In this document: one piece after another, positions 49,901 to 62,941 of the stretch
Layout of the letters: each line of letters starts with the position of its first letter
How positions within the stretch are numbered: the first letter of the stretch is position 1
Assembly: GCA_043228905.1 (NCBI GenBank)
Contig: JBHGNT010000008.1
Coordinates: forward strand, 15,004,001-15,068,000
Source of the DNA: Azolla caroliniana
Taxonomy: Eukaryota > Plantae > Polypodiophyta
Reading direction: 5' to 3'
DNA length: 64,000 nucleotides
The notes under the pieces: model-generated
Told to the model about the DNA's origin: nothing
Database searches by the model: none
The model's input: the letters and a program-made list of their open reading frames with translations, nothing else
Position numbers and translations under genes: made by a program

Positions 49901-52454
49901 ACAAGCTGAGGATCTTCGGATGCGAGGCGTACGCCCTTATTCCGAAAGATGATCGCCGAAAACTTGCACCTCGGTCCAGGCAATGCATTTTCCTTGGATA
50001 TGGATCAGACGGCGAAATGGGATACCGACTCTGGGACCCCGAACGCAGACAAATCGTTCGAAGTTCGGACTTGTGTTCAACGAGTCGGCTATGAATCCAT
50101 CAGTCGAAAAACCGATCGAAGTCCGAAGGGTAACATTTTCCGATGTGCCGACCCTTCAAGAAGGCCCCGCTCTTAACACACGGTCAGCTTCACGGGTAGC
50201 TGAACCTTACACTACCGACTCAGACAACTCTGACTCGGCACAGCCGAATGACTTGCTTTCGGACCATCCGACACCGATACCCGATGCGACCAGTCCAATC
50301 ATACCTCGACGATCCGAAAGACTGTCGCAACCTCCGGAGAGGTATTCTCCTAGAATTTTCTTCACCGACGCCGGCGAACCGACGTCTTACGAAAAAGCAT
50401 CGACATCTGTCGATTCAGCCACCTGGCATCTGGCGATGGAGTCGGAAATGCACTCCATTCGGGCAAACAAGACTTGGGATCTGGTCGAATTACCTAAGAA
50501 TCGACGTGCTCTTCCTTGCAAGTGGGTTTATCGACTAAAAGAGACGTCTGATTCGACCACCCCAAAGTACAAGGCCAGATTAGTCGCGAAGGGCTTCCGA
50601 CAAGAATATGGCGTCGACTTCGACGAGATTTTTTCACCAGTGGTGAAAATGACAACCCTTCGTTTCCTACTCGGCGTAGTGGCAGCCGACAACTTGGAGC
50701 TGATTCAGCTAGATGTCAAAACAGCCTTCCTCCATGGTGATCTTGACGAGGAAATTTATATGGAGCAGCCAAAAGGCTTCGTGGCAACTGGCCAAGAACA
50801 TCTAGTCTGCCGACTCAAGACGAGTCTATACGGCCTCAAACAGGCACCGCGACAATGGTACAAGAAGTTCGACGACTTCATCCAATCGATGGGCTTTTCA
50901 AAAAGCGATGAGGACCATTGTCTTTTTACCAACACAGCTCAAGATGGATCACCCATCTTCCTCATCATCTACGTGGACGACATGCTAATTTCTGGACGCC
51001 ACGCGGGCGAACTTGCCGATCTCATTCGGCAACTGCGGTTGAAGTTTGCCATGAAGGACCTCGGTCCGGCACGACACATACTTGGCATGAAGATTAGTCG
51101 GCATCGCGATAAACGACATCTTTTTTTGTCTCAGACCGACTATATCGGACGTGTCCTGGAACGCTTCAACATGCAATCAGCCAAATCTGCTTCAACCCCG
51201 CTCCCCATGAATCTTCGGCTCTCTCAGCGATACTACCCGATATCCGGTCCGGAGGGGGAAGATATGAAGTCGGTACCGTATGCACCGGCAGTCGGCTCCC
51301 TTATGTACTTGATGGTCGCGACACGGCCTGATATTTCTCATGCCGTAGGAGTCGTTAGCAAATTTATGCACAATCCTGGCCGATCGCATTGGAACGCAGT
51401 CAAGCATGTGTTCAAATATCTGGCTGGCACAAAAGACCACGGCATTCTTTTCGGTCCGAACTCAACCTCAGGCGTAGTCGGTTACACCGACTCAGACTTC
51501 GCCGGCTGCATAGATAGTCGGAAATCAACAACCGGATACTGCTTCAAATTCGGCAATGGAGCAATTTCGTGGAAGTCGAAGCTTCAGGAGTGCACAGCGA
51601 CCTCAACGACCGAAGCAGAATATGTAGCTGCGTCCGATGCCGCAAAAGAAGCTCTGTGGCTCGGCCGGCTGGCGCACATGTTTCGGCAAGTCGACCACGA
51701 CTCGACTCCAGTTGTCTACAGCGACAGTCAAGGTGCTGTTGCCTTGTCGAAAAATCCGGTTCACCACAACGCCTCCAAACATATCGACGTTCGATATCAC
51801 TTCGTTCGGGACTGCGTCATTTCAGGGAAAATCGGTCTAGAGAAAATATCCACAACCGACAATGTCGCAGATGGAATGACCAAATGTCTTTCGGCAGACC
51901 GCTTTCGGTCCCTTCGGCATCAAATGGGCGTAACGACAAACCAGTCCGGTTAGAGCCGGACACAGCGCAGGATGGTTTCGGACAACCGACATCAGTTCCT
52001 TAATGATCGGCTTCAACTCTTCCGACCCGACCAGTCCGGTCTTCTGCCTTCGGACTCTGCCGACTCGAACAAAACTGATATGCCCGAGAACCTAGGCTTA
52101 TACCTGTAATCTTAGACAACCCATGTATACGCCCATTACGGGGGAGTGTCGAATACAAGTGTATAATGGACGTATTCACACTATCCCTTTGTATAGCTCA
52201 AGTTTGGGTCATTTGTGTAATTAGCATAAAGGGTAGTTGCCCTAAGTCGGTCACTATATAAAGTGACCTAGTAACCTGGTTGTATGGTTGGTTGTATTAT
52301 TGTTTTCTATTGAATAGAAAGTCTTTTGTGCCTCTCTCTCTCTCTCTCTCTCTCTTTCCATCTCTGTGCACGACCTTGAAACTGTCATACGCAGGTACTC
52401 AACCCTAATCGAATGCTATTTGATCTTCCGCATTGACGACCTCTGTCTACAACA
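46916..52454 (+). mobile_element. Full-length Ty1/copia element C2
   Basis: LTRs 46916-47225 and 52147-52454, TSD GGGCA, PBS TGGTATCAGAGC at 47228, PPT GGGGGAG. Confidence 0.97.
47923..51953 (+). pseudogene. copia C2 gag-pol with a 1-bp deletion frameshift near 50070
   Basis: ORFs 47920-50094 and 49983-51953. C1 has GGACGTTGTG where C2 has GGACTTGTG. Confidence 0.95.
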
Positions 52455-54059
52455 GGGCAATCCCCGGCGGTTGTCCTCGGTTTGTCGGTTCTCCGGTGCC
52501 GCTACTGGTTTGTCATTCCTTGCTGCCTCCCGACGCTCCTCTCTACGGAAGAATCCACGCCTTTGGTTCCGTCGGAAATTCCGGTTCCCTGGCCGCCTTT
52601 CTTCTCTGCGTCGCTCGTATTCCGGGGATTCGTCTCGGTCGTACCGGTCCCGAGGCTAGCTATCCCTGCGGTTCTCCTCTCGGTCATAACTGTCGCGTCT
52701 TCTATCGGGGTATCTGTCGCCGCGTTCTCGTCGGTAGCGGTCGTCCCTCCGGAATCGATCCTCTTCCGGGTCCCGATTGCGCGGTTCTATGTGTCGGACC
52801 GGTGCCGCTTGTCGAGTTAACAGGTTATACTCGCATCGGTTCGTTGTGTGGGCGCGAGAATTGCATATCATGCACTGTGCACGCAGGGTGCAGTCGACGG
52901 TCGAGTGCCCCGAATTTAGGCATGTTGTGCATTGTAGGGCTTGTCGGAACCGGAGGTCCTCCTCCTTCGGAAGCGCCTGGTGTAACGCCCCCATCGGCAA
53001 GAAGGGGCTCGTCTTGTCCATTTCCAGGACCCGATCAATGACTTGGTCCATTGTGCTGGTGCTGAAATCGAGGATTCCACACATCGCTCGAAGTGGCTCT
53101 TTCAACGCAGCCAAAAAGACTGCTTTGGCCTCCTCTTCGGGTGGTGCTCTTGCTAATTGACTGTGCAAGGTCTGGAAACGAATGATAAATTGTGGGACCG
53201 TCTCGTTTTCTCCCTGCCGGGTGGTGTAGAATTGTCCGACCAATTCCCTTTGTTCCACTCGTCTATGAAACAGGCGTAAAAACTGGGTTTTCAATGCCTC
53301 GAACGTGGCGAAGCTGCCTGGTAAGTGCTTTGCGTGCCACCGGGCCGCCGGTCCTTCTAATGTCATGCCGAATTCGGCGACTTTGGATCGGTCGGCCTCG
53401 GGCTCCGTCAGTCTCTGGGACATGTGGTTGGCTTCCCATGTTCGCAGGAATGCATACACATGTGCCTCTCCGTCGGGCTCATCCCGATACTTTGGGTACG
53501 GATACGGCATCGTGTCGTCCCACTGATTCTCCTGCGCTGGTTCCTCCGAAGTCGGTATCCGCTCCTGCGGTTCCTCCGCAGGTGGTGTTGGTATCCGCTC
53601 CTGCGGTTCCTCCGCGGGTGGTGTTGGTATCCGCTCCTCCCTCCTCGGCGATTGCCGGTCACCGAACTCCAGAGTTATTTCCTCCTCTGGCTCCGATGTT
53701 GCTGAGTAATCCGACTCAAAGGGGTTCTTCTCGTGGGTGCTTTTATAACGGGATCCCACGCTTTCCCCGCTATCCGAATCCGCCTCTAATGTTGCAAATG
53801 CCGCTGCGTCCCCGTCGCCGCCGGCGAGAGTCTGTAGTAGTGTCTCCGCTTCTTGGAGGCTGGTTATGCTACTGCCTTCGTCGGAAGCTTGTAGAACCTG
53901 GAACTGCAGTGCTTCTTCTGCGATTTGCCGAAGCGTTTTGGAGAATGACCGATCGCGCCGGATCTCGTCGACGGCTTGCTGCAGGGCTTCCCGTCGTCGC
54001 TGCCGTTCGGCGTGGCGTCTCCCTCTTTCGGTGATGTGGTCGTTATTTTGTCTAGACAT
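52455..54059 (-). pseudogene. G3 gag (one TAG at 52656), in frame with pol across the C2 insertion
   Basis: HVYAFLRTWEANH..LEGPAARW..QGENETVPQF..CTTCLNSGHSTVDC. Removing C2 and one TSD gives ..GLPLPQTGEKG.. 36-bp ERIPTPPAEEPQ repeats near 53540-53640. Confidence 0.9.
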
Positions 54060-54482
54060 CCATCCCCCGGTTGTCCTCTGCACTCTGCAGGAATCGTGGT
54101 CGCCAAAATAGTGTTGTATGTATGGCTGGACTAGCTGCAACACAGGTGTCTATCCGACACTTCTCCAAAGGGGTGGTAGGGATAGGATGTTAATACACGC
54201 GTATGATAATTACACTTAAGCACAGACGAAGACAAGATCAATAAGCATAAGCAAAACTATATTAATTCTTCGTCACTTCATTACAAAACATCGGATCCTT
54301 TTATAGGCATCCGGCCAGATTACAATCGGTGCTCGATAGGCAACCGTTAACCGAAACCGAATCGGTTCGGATCCGGATCGGTTACAACTACCGGATCCGT
54401 CCCTCCTAATAATTCTATTCCTATTTCTATATTTATCCGATCCGACCTTGCTTTCCCATTTGCCTTCTCTGACCGGCCAACA

Positions 54483-55532
54483 GCTTTGACATATGCTTGT
54501 TAGTCGTCCCCTTCCTTCCGTATCTTTGGAGAGAGTTGAAGAAATTGCAGCCAAGTGATCCGGGGTCCATTAGTAATCAACTCTTGGTTGAGGTCGAAAG
54601 GATCCACTCCTTTCCCCATAGGCTTGTCCTCTATATTGATCTTTCTCATTGAAAGACGACTTTTTGAAGGATTCTCCATCTTAGACTCCATAAACTCCTT
54701 GGTTTTTTCTTTATTTGAGGGTTACTTGACTCACCTTCCACCTCTTTGCCTTTATGGGTTGCTCGAGTTTTCTTGATTGGAACAACATCACAATCATCGT
54801 CAGTATCATACATAAAATCAAGAAGATTTACATTGTGAGGTATTGTTGGAACTTGAGCCATTGGTGATGGTCTTCCATCCATAGAAGCTTGATTATTGTT
54901 GTTTGCATGGTTGTTAGGGGAATTTGAACCTCCTCGAATTTGATAGATACCTCGTCCTAAAACTCCTTGTCATCTCGAAGGACACCGCATTTGTGGTACC
55001 TCTCGAACTTGATTGGTGTTGAAACTTTCTTGCATTTGGCGAAATTGATTCGTTATCTCATCAAGCCATCAATTTAGTTGCTTGAGGAAACTTCCATCAG
55101 TTCTTGGATTATCTACATCTCGCATCATTAGTATACTAGCTTGGTTAGTTATATTAGAATTAAAGATGTCCTCCATGTATAATAGAGGATATATGTGGAG
55201 CATTTAGTGTCGGCACCACATTTGCACCAGCTATCGCCACCATTGTATCGGCTCCCATCCGCATCACTTTTAGTTGTCTATCATAAATTTGACACACTTG
55301 TAGACAAGTTTGGAAATTGGTTGGGTCCTTCAAATTTGCCTCCATTGCAAAGTAAGGATTCAAGCCCGCCTTGAAGCGATCAATCTTGAACCACTGATCC
55401 TCTACGCCAACTCCTAGATGGATCCACGTTGTCCAAACCTCTTTGAATACCCTCTCGTACTCAGAATAATCCATCGTTATTGACACACGCAATGCAAAGA
55501 GTTCCTCTCGTACGTCCATCACATTACTACGT
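54483..55532 (-). pseudogene. Old gypsy-like gag and pre-protease relic (host of G3 and E)
   Basis: KIDRFKAGLNPY..LKDPTNFQ (gag-like) and GPRITWLQFLQLSPKIRKE; continuous with 38280-38810. Confidence 0.6.
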
Positions 55533-55757
55533 TGTCGAGAAAATACGACGAGGACACGTGAACTTAAGGCCGGACCTCGGGGCCTCCAACCAGAGGATAT
55601 CAGATTCATGCGTTTATACTTTTAAGAATTAATGGAAATGAGAAAATTTAAAAATTTTCATTAACAAAGGAAAAGAAATTACAATATGTCCCAAGATTGG
55701 GATTCAGAAGTTTTAGGTTTACTAAGATTAATAGAAAAGAATAATTAGGGATTTTGA

Positions 55758-55915
55758 GAGATATGGCTTTCGTAGGGAAAATTTGGGTTTTTGAGTGTTA
55801 TAGCTTTCGTAGGGAAAATTAGAATTAGGTTATATGAGAGATATGGCTTCCGTAGGGAAAATAGGGTTTATGGCTTCCATAAGGAAAATTAGGGTTTATG
55901 AGTGTTATGGCTCCG
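55758..55915. repeat. Degenerate tandem repeats in the E LTR (also ~59057-59212)
   Basis: Recurring atggctt(c/t)cgtagggaaaat(t)agggttt units. Confidence 0.8.
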
Positions 55916-56886
55916 CGAGATAAGGGAGCTAAGAAGGAAAAGAAAAAATAAATAAATGGAGAGAGGATGAGTGTAGGAAAAAAAATGGAATTTATATGCA
56001 ATTCTCTGTTTATCATAGCCTTCAATGTTACTTTGCATGCCCAATTTTAGTTGCATGGCCTCTACTTTTAGTTGTATCCATTTTTAGTTGCATGGCTTTT
56101 CCTTTTACTTGCATGCGACCGTCCAAATGGCCTTTACTTTACTTTAATTTTCCGCATAATCCAATAATCCGTAAAGTTTAGCTCATGCTTTGATCCATTC
56201 GGTCCGCGTCCAGCCTCGTCCAGCCACCGCTTCCACCCCATCACCGGTTCCGTCCGGTTGATAGTTTCCGGTTGCTGACTTCGCCCGGTTCCGGTTTGCT
56301 TACTGGCCGGTTCCGGTTTGCTTATCAACCGGTTTCCAGTTTGCTTGCCGGCCGGTTTCCGGTTTGATTGGCGGCCAGTTCGGGTTTGAATACCAGCCAG
56401 TTCCATTTTATTACCGACCGGTTCTAGGAACTTAGCCACATTCATCCATCTAGACAAAGTGGCCAAAGTGCTCTTAGCACAAATGAAAAATAAGGGATTT
56501 CAATGTGATTATAGAGCCAGGGCCATAAATTTCCTATCTATGTGGGATAAATCATAGTTCTATTTTCCCTATCTTCTCAAACTTCATGTTCTCATAATTT
56601 GATATGTAGTTGTCCATCTTGTATCTAGTAAAATGTGTTTTGAATCTCTTGAGTACATCCATCTTCCTATAACAAGCTACTAATCTAATCTAAAATAATT
56701 ATTTCATTATTTTTGAACATAGTTTTCATATCATGTGTGAAAAACCACACGACATTCACTCCCACCAAACTTGCACATCCATTGGTATGTGCCAATTGTA
56801 GTTAGGTTCCTCTTTGGATTATTCTACTTCATCGATGTTTCTTCTTTATACTCGAACGACCGTTTCCATCTGATCCACCATATTCT

Positions 56887-58785
56887 TCATTCACTCTTTG
56901 CATTTCCATGACCGGTTTTCATGGCTCTCTTTGCTCCTCTTGAGCATAATGCTTCACTTCTTATGCATGTGCCACCTTCATCTCGACCATCTCCTTGGTC
57001 ATCTAATTTTCTTTTATCATTCTTTCTTGTTCCATGCATGCCTTTCAAAGGCCTTATCAAAATACTATTCTTGAGTACTCTTAGTGATTCGTTCTTTAGC
57101 GGCATGCTCTCCTCTAGGTCCTTAAGTGACCACATCGCAAGCTTCCCACTTTCTCCACTTTTGTGGTATACTCTCATCTTGGAGTTGGCTATGACTTCTA
57201 CACTAGTATTATCCTTGTTAGATTTTGTGATCACATCTCTCATATCCGCTTGGCCCACTTGGCCCATATCTTTGCTTTTTGAGGTTTGCTTGGTCTCTTT
57301 GTCACAAACATTAGCTTTTGTCTTCGTGCTTTGCTTGACCTCTTTGTCACACGCATGGACTTTCGTCATTTTGCCTTGCTTTACGTCCTTGTTGCACACA
57401 TTGGCTTTAACCCTTGCTTCCTCGCCGCCACCGTCCTTCACTTGGGTCTTACATCGGTTAATGCCCAAGTCTCTCAAACAAGTGTGGAGGAATTTTGTAG
57501 TTTGGCATTGCCTTTGTCGTGCTACCCTTAGCCACTTCCACCTTATGGTTGTTTGCATTGGCGTTGATCTTTGTTTCCTCACCGCCACCTTCCGTCTCTT
57601 GGGTCTTACATCGGTTAATGCCCAAGTCTCAAGAACCATTGTGGGGAGAGTCTCTTCATCGTCGTCGTCTACCCTCTTCGACTTGACATCATTCTTCATG
57701 GCTATCTCTTTAGACTCATGGGCCTCGTACCCATTAATCCTCTTGATCGAGCAAGCCTCGACTATTCTTCCCTCTTCTTTGCATGTGTTAGTTTTGGCCT
57801 TCACTTCCTCGCCGCCACCTTCCGTCTCTTGGGTCTCACGTTTGCTTTCCGACACATATGCCCAAGTCTCTAGAACAAGTGTGGAGAAAGTCTCGACATG
57901 GCCATACACCATTGACTCGTCCATAGCCACCTCTAACTAGATGTCATTTTTCATGGCGATCTCCTCAATCATGTCGGCCCCACACTTTTTATCTCCCTTG
58001 ATCATGCAAGCTTTGCTCATGCTTGCACCTTCATCACTTGATGTTTCAGACATGATGCGTGTTTCAAAACATTTGTCTTCTTGTGAAGTGGTATTCGCCA
58101 CCCTTGATTCATTTGTTTCATTCTTCATCATTGTTTCTTTGCAAGATGAGAAAACGTCTTGTTCCACACCTTCTCCTGTGGTGTTGTCGTACCGAACTTG
58201 GGCCTTCGTATTGGTCATATCATGACTCCACCTTTGTTGGGAGGTCTTTTCTTCCTTCATAACCATTTTAATTGGTTTTGGTTCCATTATAAGATTCTCT
58301 TTGGCCTCGACTTGCACCTTTAAATTCTCATATGCCTTGTTTATGAAGGCCTCTATGTTGAGTACCATCAAACCTTCCCTCTTCAAGCTCTCTTCTTTAG
58401 GTGGTAATTTGTTGTTGCTTCGTGTCCTCCTTTCACCATCCATCGTGGATTGTGTTGTTGCTGATGAGAATCTTGTCTTCCTCTTATCGTGTAGTTGACA
58501 TTCTCTTTCCACTTTCATCCAATCCTCAGTGAGGCCATTTGCTCCATCGTCATCCTTAAGTCGGATTCCAATGGCCTTCCTTTCATTCCAATCGATCGAT
58601 TTCACGAACATTAAGACTTTATCTTCCCCCACCAATCTTTGATCCTGCTCCGAGAGTTGTGTAAAGGGACACTCGAACTCAACGAAAGCATGTATGACAC
58701 TTTGGTGGGTCTTTAATGATGATACCCATTCACCGAACTCGTATAGACTGCATCTCTTCGACTCTTTGTATCTATATGCCTCCAT
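56887..58785 (-). pseudogene. Element E gag-like plus K/E-rich repetitive ORF (633 codons, one TAG at 57937)
   Basis: ORFs 57937-58785 and 56887-57930 are in the same frame and start 24 nt after the PBS. Three internal repeat modules near 57419, 57574 and 57805. Confidence 0.65.
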
Positions 58786-59637
58786 GAGATATCCTCCTAC
58801 CGTGTCGTTTCACGTCGGGTTCACCAAAGATGTTGCGAAAATACGATGAGGACACGTGAACTTGAGGCAGGACCTCGGGGCCTCCGACCAGAGGATATTA
58901 GATTCGTGCATTTATACTTTTAAGAATTAACGAAAATGAGAAAATTTAATAATTTTCATTAACAAAGGAAAAGAAATTACAATATGTCCCAAGATTGGGA
59001 TTCAAAAGTTTTAGGTTTACTAAGATTAATAGAAAAGAAAAATTAGGGGTTTTGAGAGATATGGCTTCCGTAGAGAAAATTTGGATTTTTGAGTGTTATA
59101 GCTTACGTAGGGAAAATTAGAATTAGGTTATATGAGAGATATGGCTTTCGTAGGGAAAATAGGGTTTATGGCTTCATAAGGAAAATTAGGGTTTATGAGT
59201 GTTATCGCTCCGCGAGATAAGGGAGCTAAGAAGGAAAAGAAAAAATAAGTAAATGGAGAGAGGATGAGTGTAGAAAAAAAATGGAATTTATATGCAGTTC
59301 TCCGTTGATCGTAGCCTTCAATGTTACTTTGCATGCCCACTTTTAGTTACATGGCCTCTACTTTTAGTTGTATCCATTTTTAGTTGCATTGGCTTTTTCT
59401 TTTAGTTGCATGCGACCATCCACATGGCCTTTACTTTAGTTTTCTTTACTTCACTTTAATTTGCCGCATGATCCAATAATCCGTAAAGTTTCGCTCATGC
59501 TTTGATTCATTGCTCCCCATCCTTGCTTGAGAAGTTAAAGTGCTTCCATAGTTTGATGTGTTTCTAACTTTATTTCTTCCCTTTTGTCAACTTCTACATT
59601 CATTTCGACTTCTGTTGCTTGTGTCGACTCTAGTTCT

Positions 59638-59832
59638 CTATCCATTCGCAGTTGGGTTGCATGATCTATATATGGTAATGACACACATAGTGATGGCATA
59701 TGGGGGCATATGGATCTCAATGATCATCCGAATGGCAAGCAAATGCTTACATTTATTTGCAAAGTCTGGGCCATCACAATATGAACATTGGAGTGAGACA
59801 TTGTACCATATTGTGGGAGTGGTCATGCTCAA
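59638..59832 (-). pseudogene. SWIM zinc-finger relic, probably from a Mutator-like transposase
   Basis: WYNVSLQCSYCDGPDFANKCKHLLAI fits a degenerate YxV..CxCxD..CKH SWIM pattern. Confidence 0.6.
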
Positions 59833-60023
59833 TATTTGAAACCAATATCGGGTCGTTCACAATAGGCATTGAGTTGCTATTGGTCACATATCTTTCTAGT
59901 ATCCTCTCAACCTCTTTAAGCCTTGACCTTTGATTATCTGCCCATGCATTTAGGCATCTAATTTCCCTCGACCTATTGAAATTTTGTCCTAGACCCCTCT
60001 TTGGGTTTCTTTCTTCTTTCTTT

Positions 60024-60062
<39 letters not shown>

Positions 60063-60191
60063 CTTCTTTCTTGCTTATCCTCCTTTCTTCCTTCTTCTTC
60101 TCGTTCTTGCATTCCTCGTTTCCTTCTCTTTATCTCTCGGTCTTGGCTTGGCCGACTCTCTCTCTCTCTCGTCCGTGGCTCAGTCGATTCT

Positions 60192-60300
60192 CTGCTTTCT
60201 CGGCCGTGTTTGGCCCGAATCTCGGCTTCTGGGCTGCTTTCTCGACCATGGTTGGGCCGAATCTCGGCTTCTTGGCTGCTTTCTCAGCCGTGGTTGGGTC
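60192..60300. repeat. 42-bp tandem repeat within a CT/GGCC-rich low-complexity region (~59990-61040)
   Basis: ctgctttctcggccgtg(t/g)ttgg(c/g)ccgaatctcggcttct.gg, about 2.5 copies. Confidence 0.8.
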
Positions 60301-60563
60301 TGTAAGGGGAAGAGAAGCAATAACACTCAAGAAACTTAAGAAGGAGAGAAAGAGAAGAGAGATAGATAGAGATGAAGATACAATGTTGTAAAAAAGGAAC
60401 TCTATATTTCATTAAGCAGTAGACAACACTTTATATAGAAAACTACAAACATATTTAAATGTGTAAGTTACAAACTGAGTTGTAACTAATGTACTAGTTG
60501 TAACTGATGCAACAACTTAATATATGTAACATCTCGTATGGATATTTATATTATATTCTAACA
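60301..60563 (-). mobile_element. Solo LTR (263 bp, copia-like)
   Basis: Minus strand TGTTAGAATATAAT..CTATATAAAG..CT-rich..CCTTACA, with TSD GGGTC/GGGCC (one mismatch). Confidence 0.75.
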
Positions 60564-61929
60564 GGGCCAACTCTTGGCTTTTCGGCTGTCACTTGGCTAT
60601 CGGTGCTCAGCCGGTGCGTAGATGGCTCTCATTCGTGTCTCTCGCTCAGCCGTTTCTCGGCTAGCGGTTGGTCGACTGTTACTCGGCTAGTGTCCCTCGG
60701 CCGACGTTCATCTCTCGGCCGATTGTCCCTTGGCCGCTCCTTTTCGGCCGCATCTCAACCCTCTCTCAGCCGTCGCTCGGCTCTCGGCCGGCTGGCCCTC
60801 GACTGCTCTTGTTTAGGCGTACCTCGGCCCTCTCTCGGCCACGTTTTGGCCGTCGCTGTCTGCGGACGTTGTCTAGTGGTCTCTGCTAGCTGGCCATGTC
60901 TCCGTTCGACTGTGTCTTTCCGGCCGGCCGAGACTTTGGTCGGCTGTCGGATCGTCTGTCCGGCTGTCTCCGCTCGTCGGTTGCCGGTTGCCGGAGTGGC
61001 TGTTCAGCCCTTTCTATGGCCGTCTCTTTCCTTTATGCTTTTGTAGCTCTGTTTGCTAAAGTTCTGTACCCTCAACTCTTAATCTGGCTATGTCATCAGG
61101 ATGACAGTTATGACTCGACGATTCAATCCTGCTTCTTTTGATTCTAATCTGGCCTCGATCATTTACCCCTTGGCCAATGAGCGACCCCAAACTCATGATC
61201 GTCTCCTTCTTTCAGCGTGAGAATCATCAACAATATTCTCGGAGGATTGAATATATGTCTGCCCAAAGACTGGCTCCTCAAGAACACGTGGTGGCATATC
61301 GTACATTCATGGCCCTTACTAGGGATCAGTTAATGGCCCTTGTTTCTTTCTCATCATGATCGGGCAACGAAGACAATAGTGAAGTGTACTGCAAGTTCAC
61401 CTCTTGTATATGATAGTGATGGAGATTAGCTTATCATTTTGAAGGAAAACTTCATCTTAGCTTTATATCAAGGGAGAGGTTGGATGAAGGCATGCACAAC
61501 TGAGCGTAGTGATGATTACAATATTTTGAAAAGCAAAAAGGATGGAAGCCACGTGACTAAGATAGGGAAAAGGAAGTAGAATGGAGTAGGGAGAGAACTC
61601 GTGATCGTGTAAGTGGAGATAAGCGATAGAGATAGATGGCATGATCACACATTGGACAAAGACTCTCAAAGCAGTCAAAGATCTTGTTCATGTTCACGCT
61701 CACCATCTAGACCAAAAGCCCATGGAAGTGGACAACACTAGGATAGAGAGGGTTCAGATCACTATAGGGATAGTTACAACAAACATGGTCCCTCTCATTG
61801 CACACCCACCATTTCTTCGGTAGCACCAACACATAACCATAGACACTGAAGAACAGAGAGGGAGAGAGAGACTTCTACTCAAGGGGGGTAGACCGTAGGG
61901 CGTGCCAAGTGTTGATGGGTCGGGGGTGG

Positions 61930-62075
61930 TGTTGAGAAAACAAATCATTACGTTGAAATACAGAACTAGCAAACACACACAATAATAGTGTACACAAATT
62001 TTACGTGGAAACCCCCAAACCGGGGAAAAAGCACGGGAACATAGCTTCACAATATACAGTGGATATACCAAAACA
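61930..62075 (-). repeat. copia LTR fragment
   Basis: Reverse complement of the cccgtg.tttttcccc..ggggtttccacgtaaaa motif also seen in B LTRs. Boundaries are unclear. Confidence 0.5.
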
Positions 62076-62094
62076 GTGAAGATTACAACACAAT

Positions 62095-62636
62095 ATAGCT
62101 TCACGGGCCAATTCAACAGTTATCTTGAGCAGAAAGGAATTCAAAGCAAATTTAGCTGCCGATACACATCAGAACAAAATGGTATGCCCAAAAGGAAGAA
62201 CCGGCTGATTGTCGACACGACATGGGCAATGCTGGATGAAAAGAGCATGCCCAAGTTCTACTGGGTCGAAGCGGTCCGGATGGTCGTCTACATTCAAAAC
62301 CGGATCGGGGATAAGGTGTTAGCACATGAGCTGTATTTCGGGCGTAAGCCGAATTTAAGGCTCCTTAAGATATTTGGTAGCATTGCATGTGCATGTGGCG
62401 GATGAGAAGCAGAGAAAGTTGTACCCGAAATTGGAGAAGTGCATCCTTGTCAGGTACTCACATGAGCAAAAGGGTTATAAGTGTTATAACCCACGAACAA
62501 AACAAGTTCGAGTGAGGCTAGATGGCGAATTTGATGAGTCGGGCATCATGGTACTGTCTACCTACTCCGATGACCAACTCCGACCTGATTCTAGAAGATG
62601 AGGCAAGTGAGCTCGAAATGATTTGGGCAGAAGTTG
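62095..62636 (+). pseudogene. copia A-family integrase fragment
   Basis: FSCRYTSEQNG..KSMPKFYW..VYIQNRIGDKV..KCILV..EQKGYKCYNP matches ~2440-2940. Confidence 0.88.
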
Positions 62637-62941
62637 TGTTGGCCAGTGGCGGCCAAGTATGGAAGGAGGAAGAGGCGAGCTAGTTCCAAGAGATATAATT
62701 AAATAACTAAGCATTATGTTAAGAACGGACGGATCCAGAAGAGGTATGCCGATTCGGATTCAGACCGATTCATAGCCAGTTGCCGGTTAGGCACCGTTTT
62801 GTAGCACGAACCGGATGCTTATAAAAGGGATGCGGATATCATTGTATGAATGACGGAACATTAATATAAGAACATGTTACTATTGTCTATCTGTTATCTT
62901 GATCTTTATTCCGTCCTGTGTTTAATGTATTGATCTTACGC
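62637..62941 (+). repeat. 5' part of a G-like gypsy LTR, interrupted by D2
   Basis: Starts TGTTGGCC; ggtatgccgat..ggcaccgttttgta..tataaaagg..atcttacgc match G LTR motifs. Confidence 0.7.

Larger units (their letters stand above)
38811..54482 (-). mobile_element. Young, essentially full-length gypsy element G3 (contains copia C2)
   Basis: LTRs 38811-39179 and 54112-54482 (about 2 differences seen), PBS 54093-54105, gag-pol and ORF3. Flanked by a 72-bp direct duplication. Confidence 0.95.
55533..59511 (-). mobile_element. Non-autonomous LTR element E (tRNA-Trp PBS, gag-like ORF, no pol), 5' LTR truncated
   Basis: 3' LTR 55533-56754 (TGTCG..CGACA) preceded by PPT-like GGTGGGAGTGAA (56755-56766). 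5' LTR homology 58831-~59511. PBS TGGTGAACCCGACGTGAA at 58809-58826. Confidence 0.8.

Noticed and set aside
55758-55915. CRISPR-like array or telomeric tract
   Set aside because: Degenerate LTR-internal tandem repeats with no unique spacers and no cas genes; TAGGGTTT occurs only as isolated units.
59976-61900. Cellular gene in the CT-rich and unassigned region
   Set aside because: The ORFs are short and low-complexity with no identifiable domains; probably transposon debris, left unannotated.
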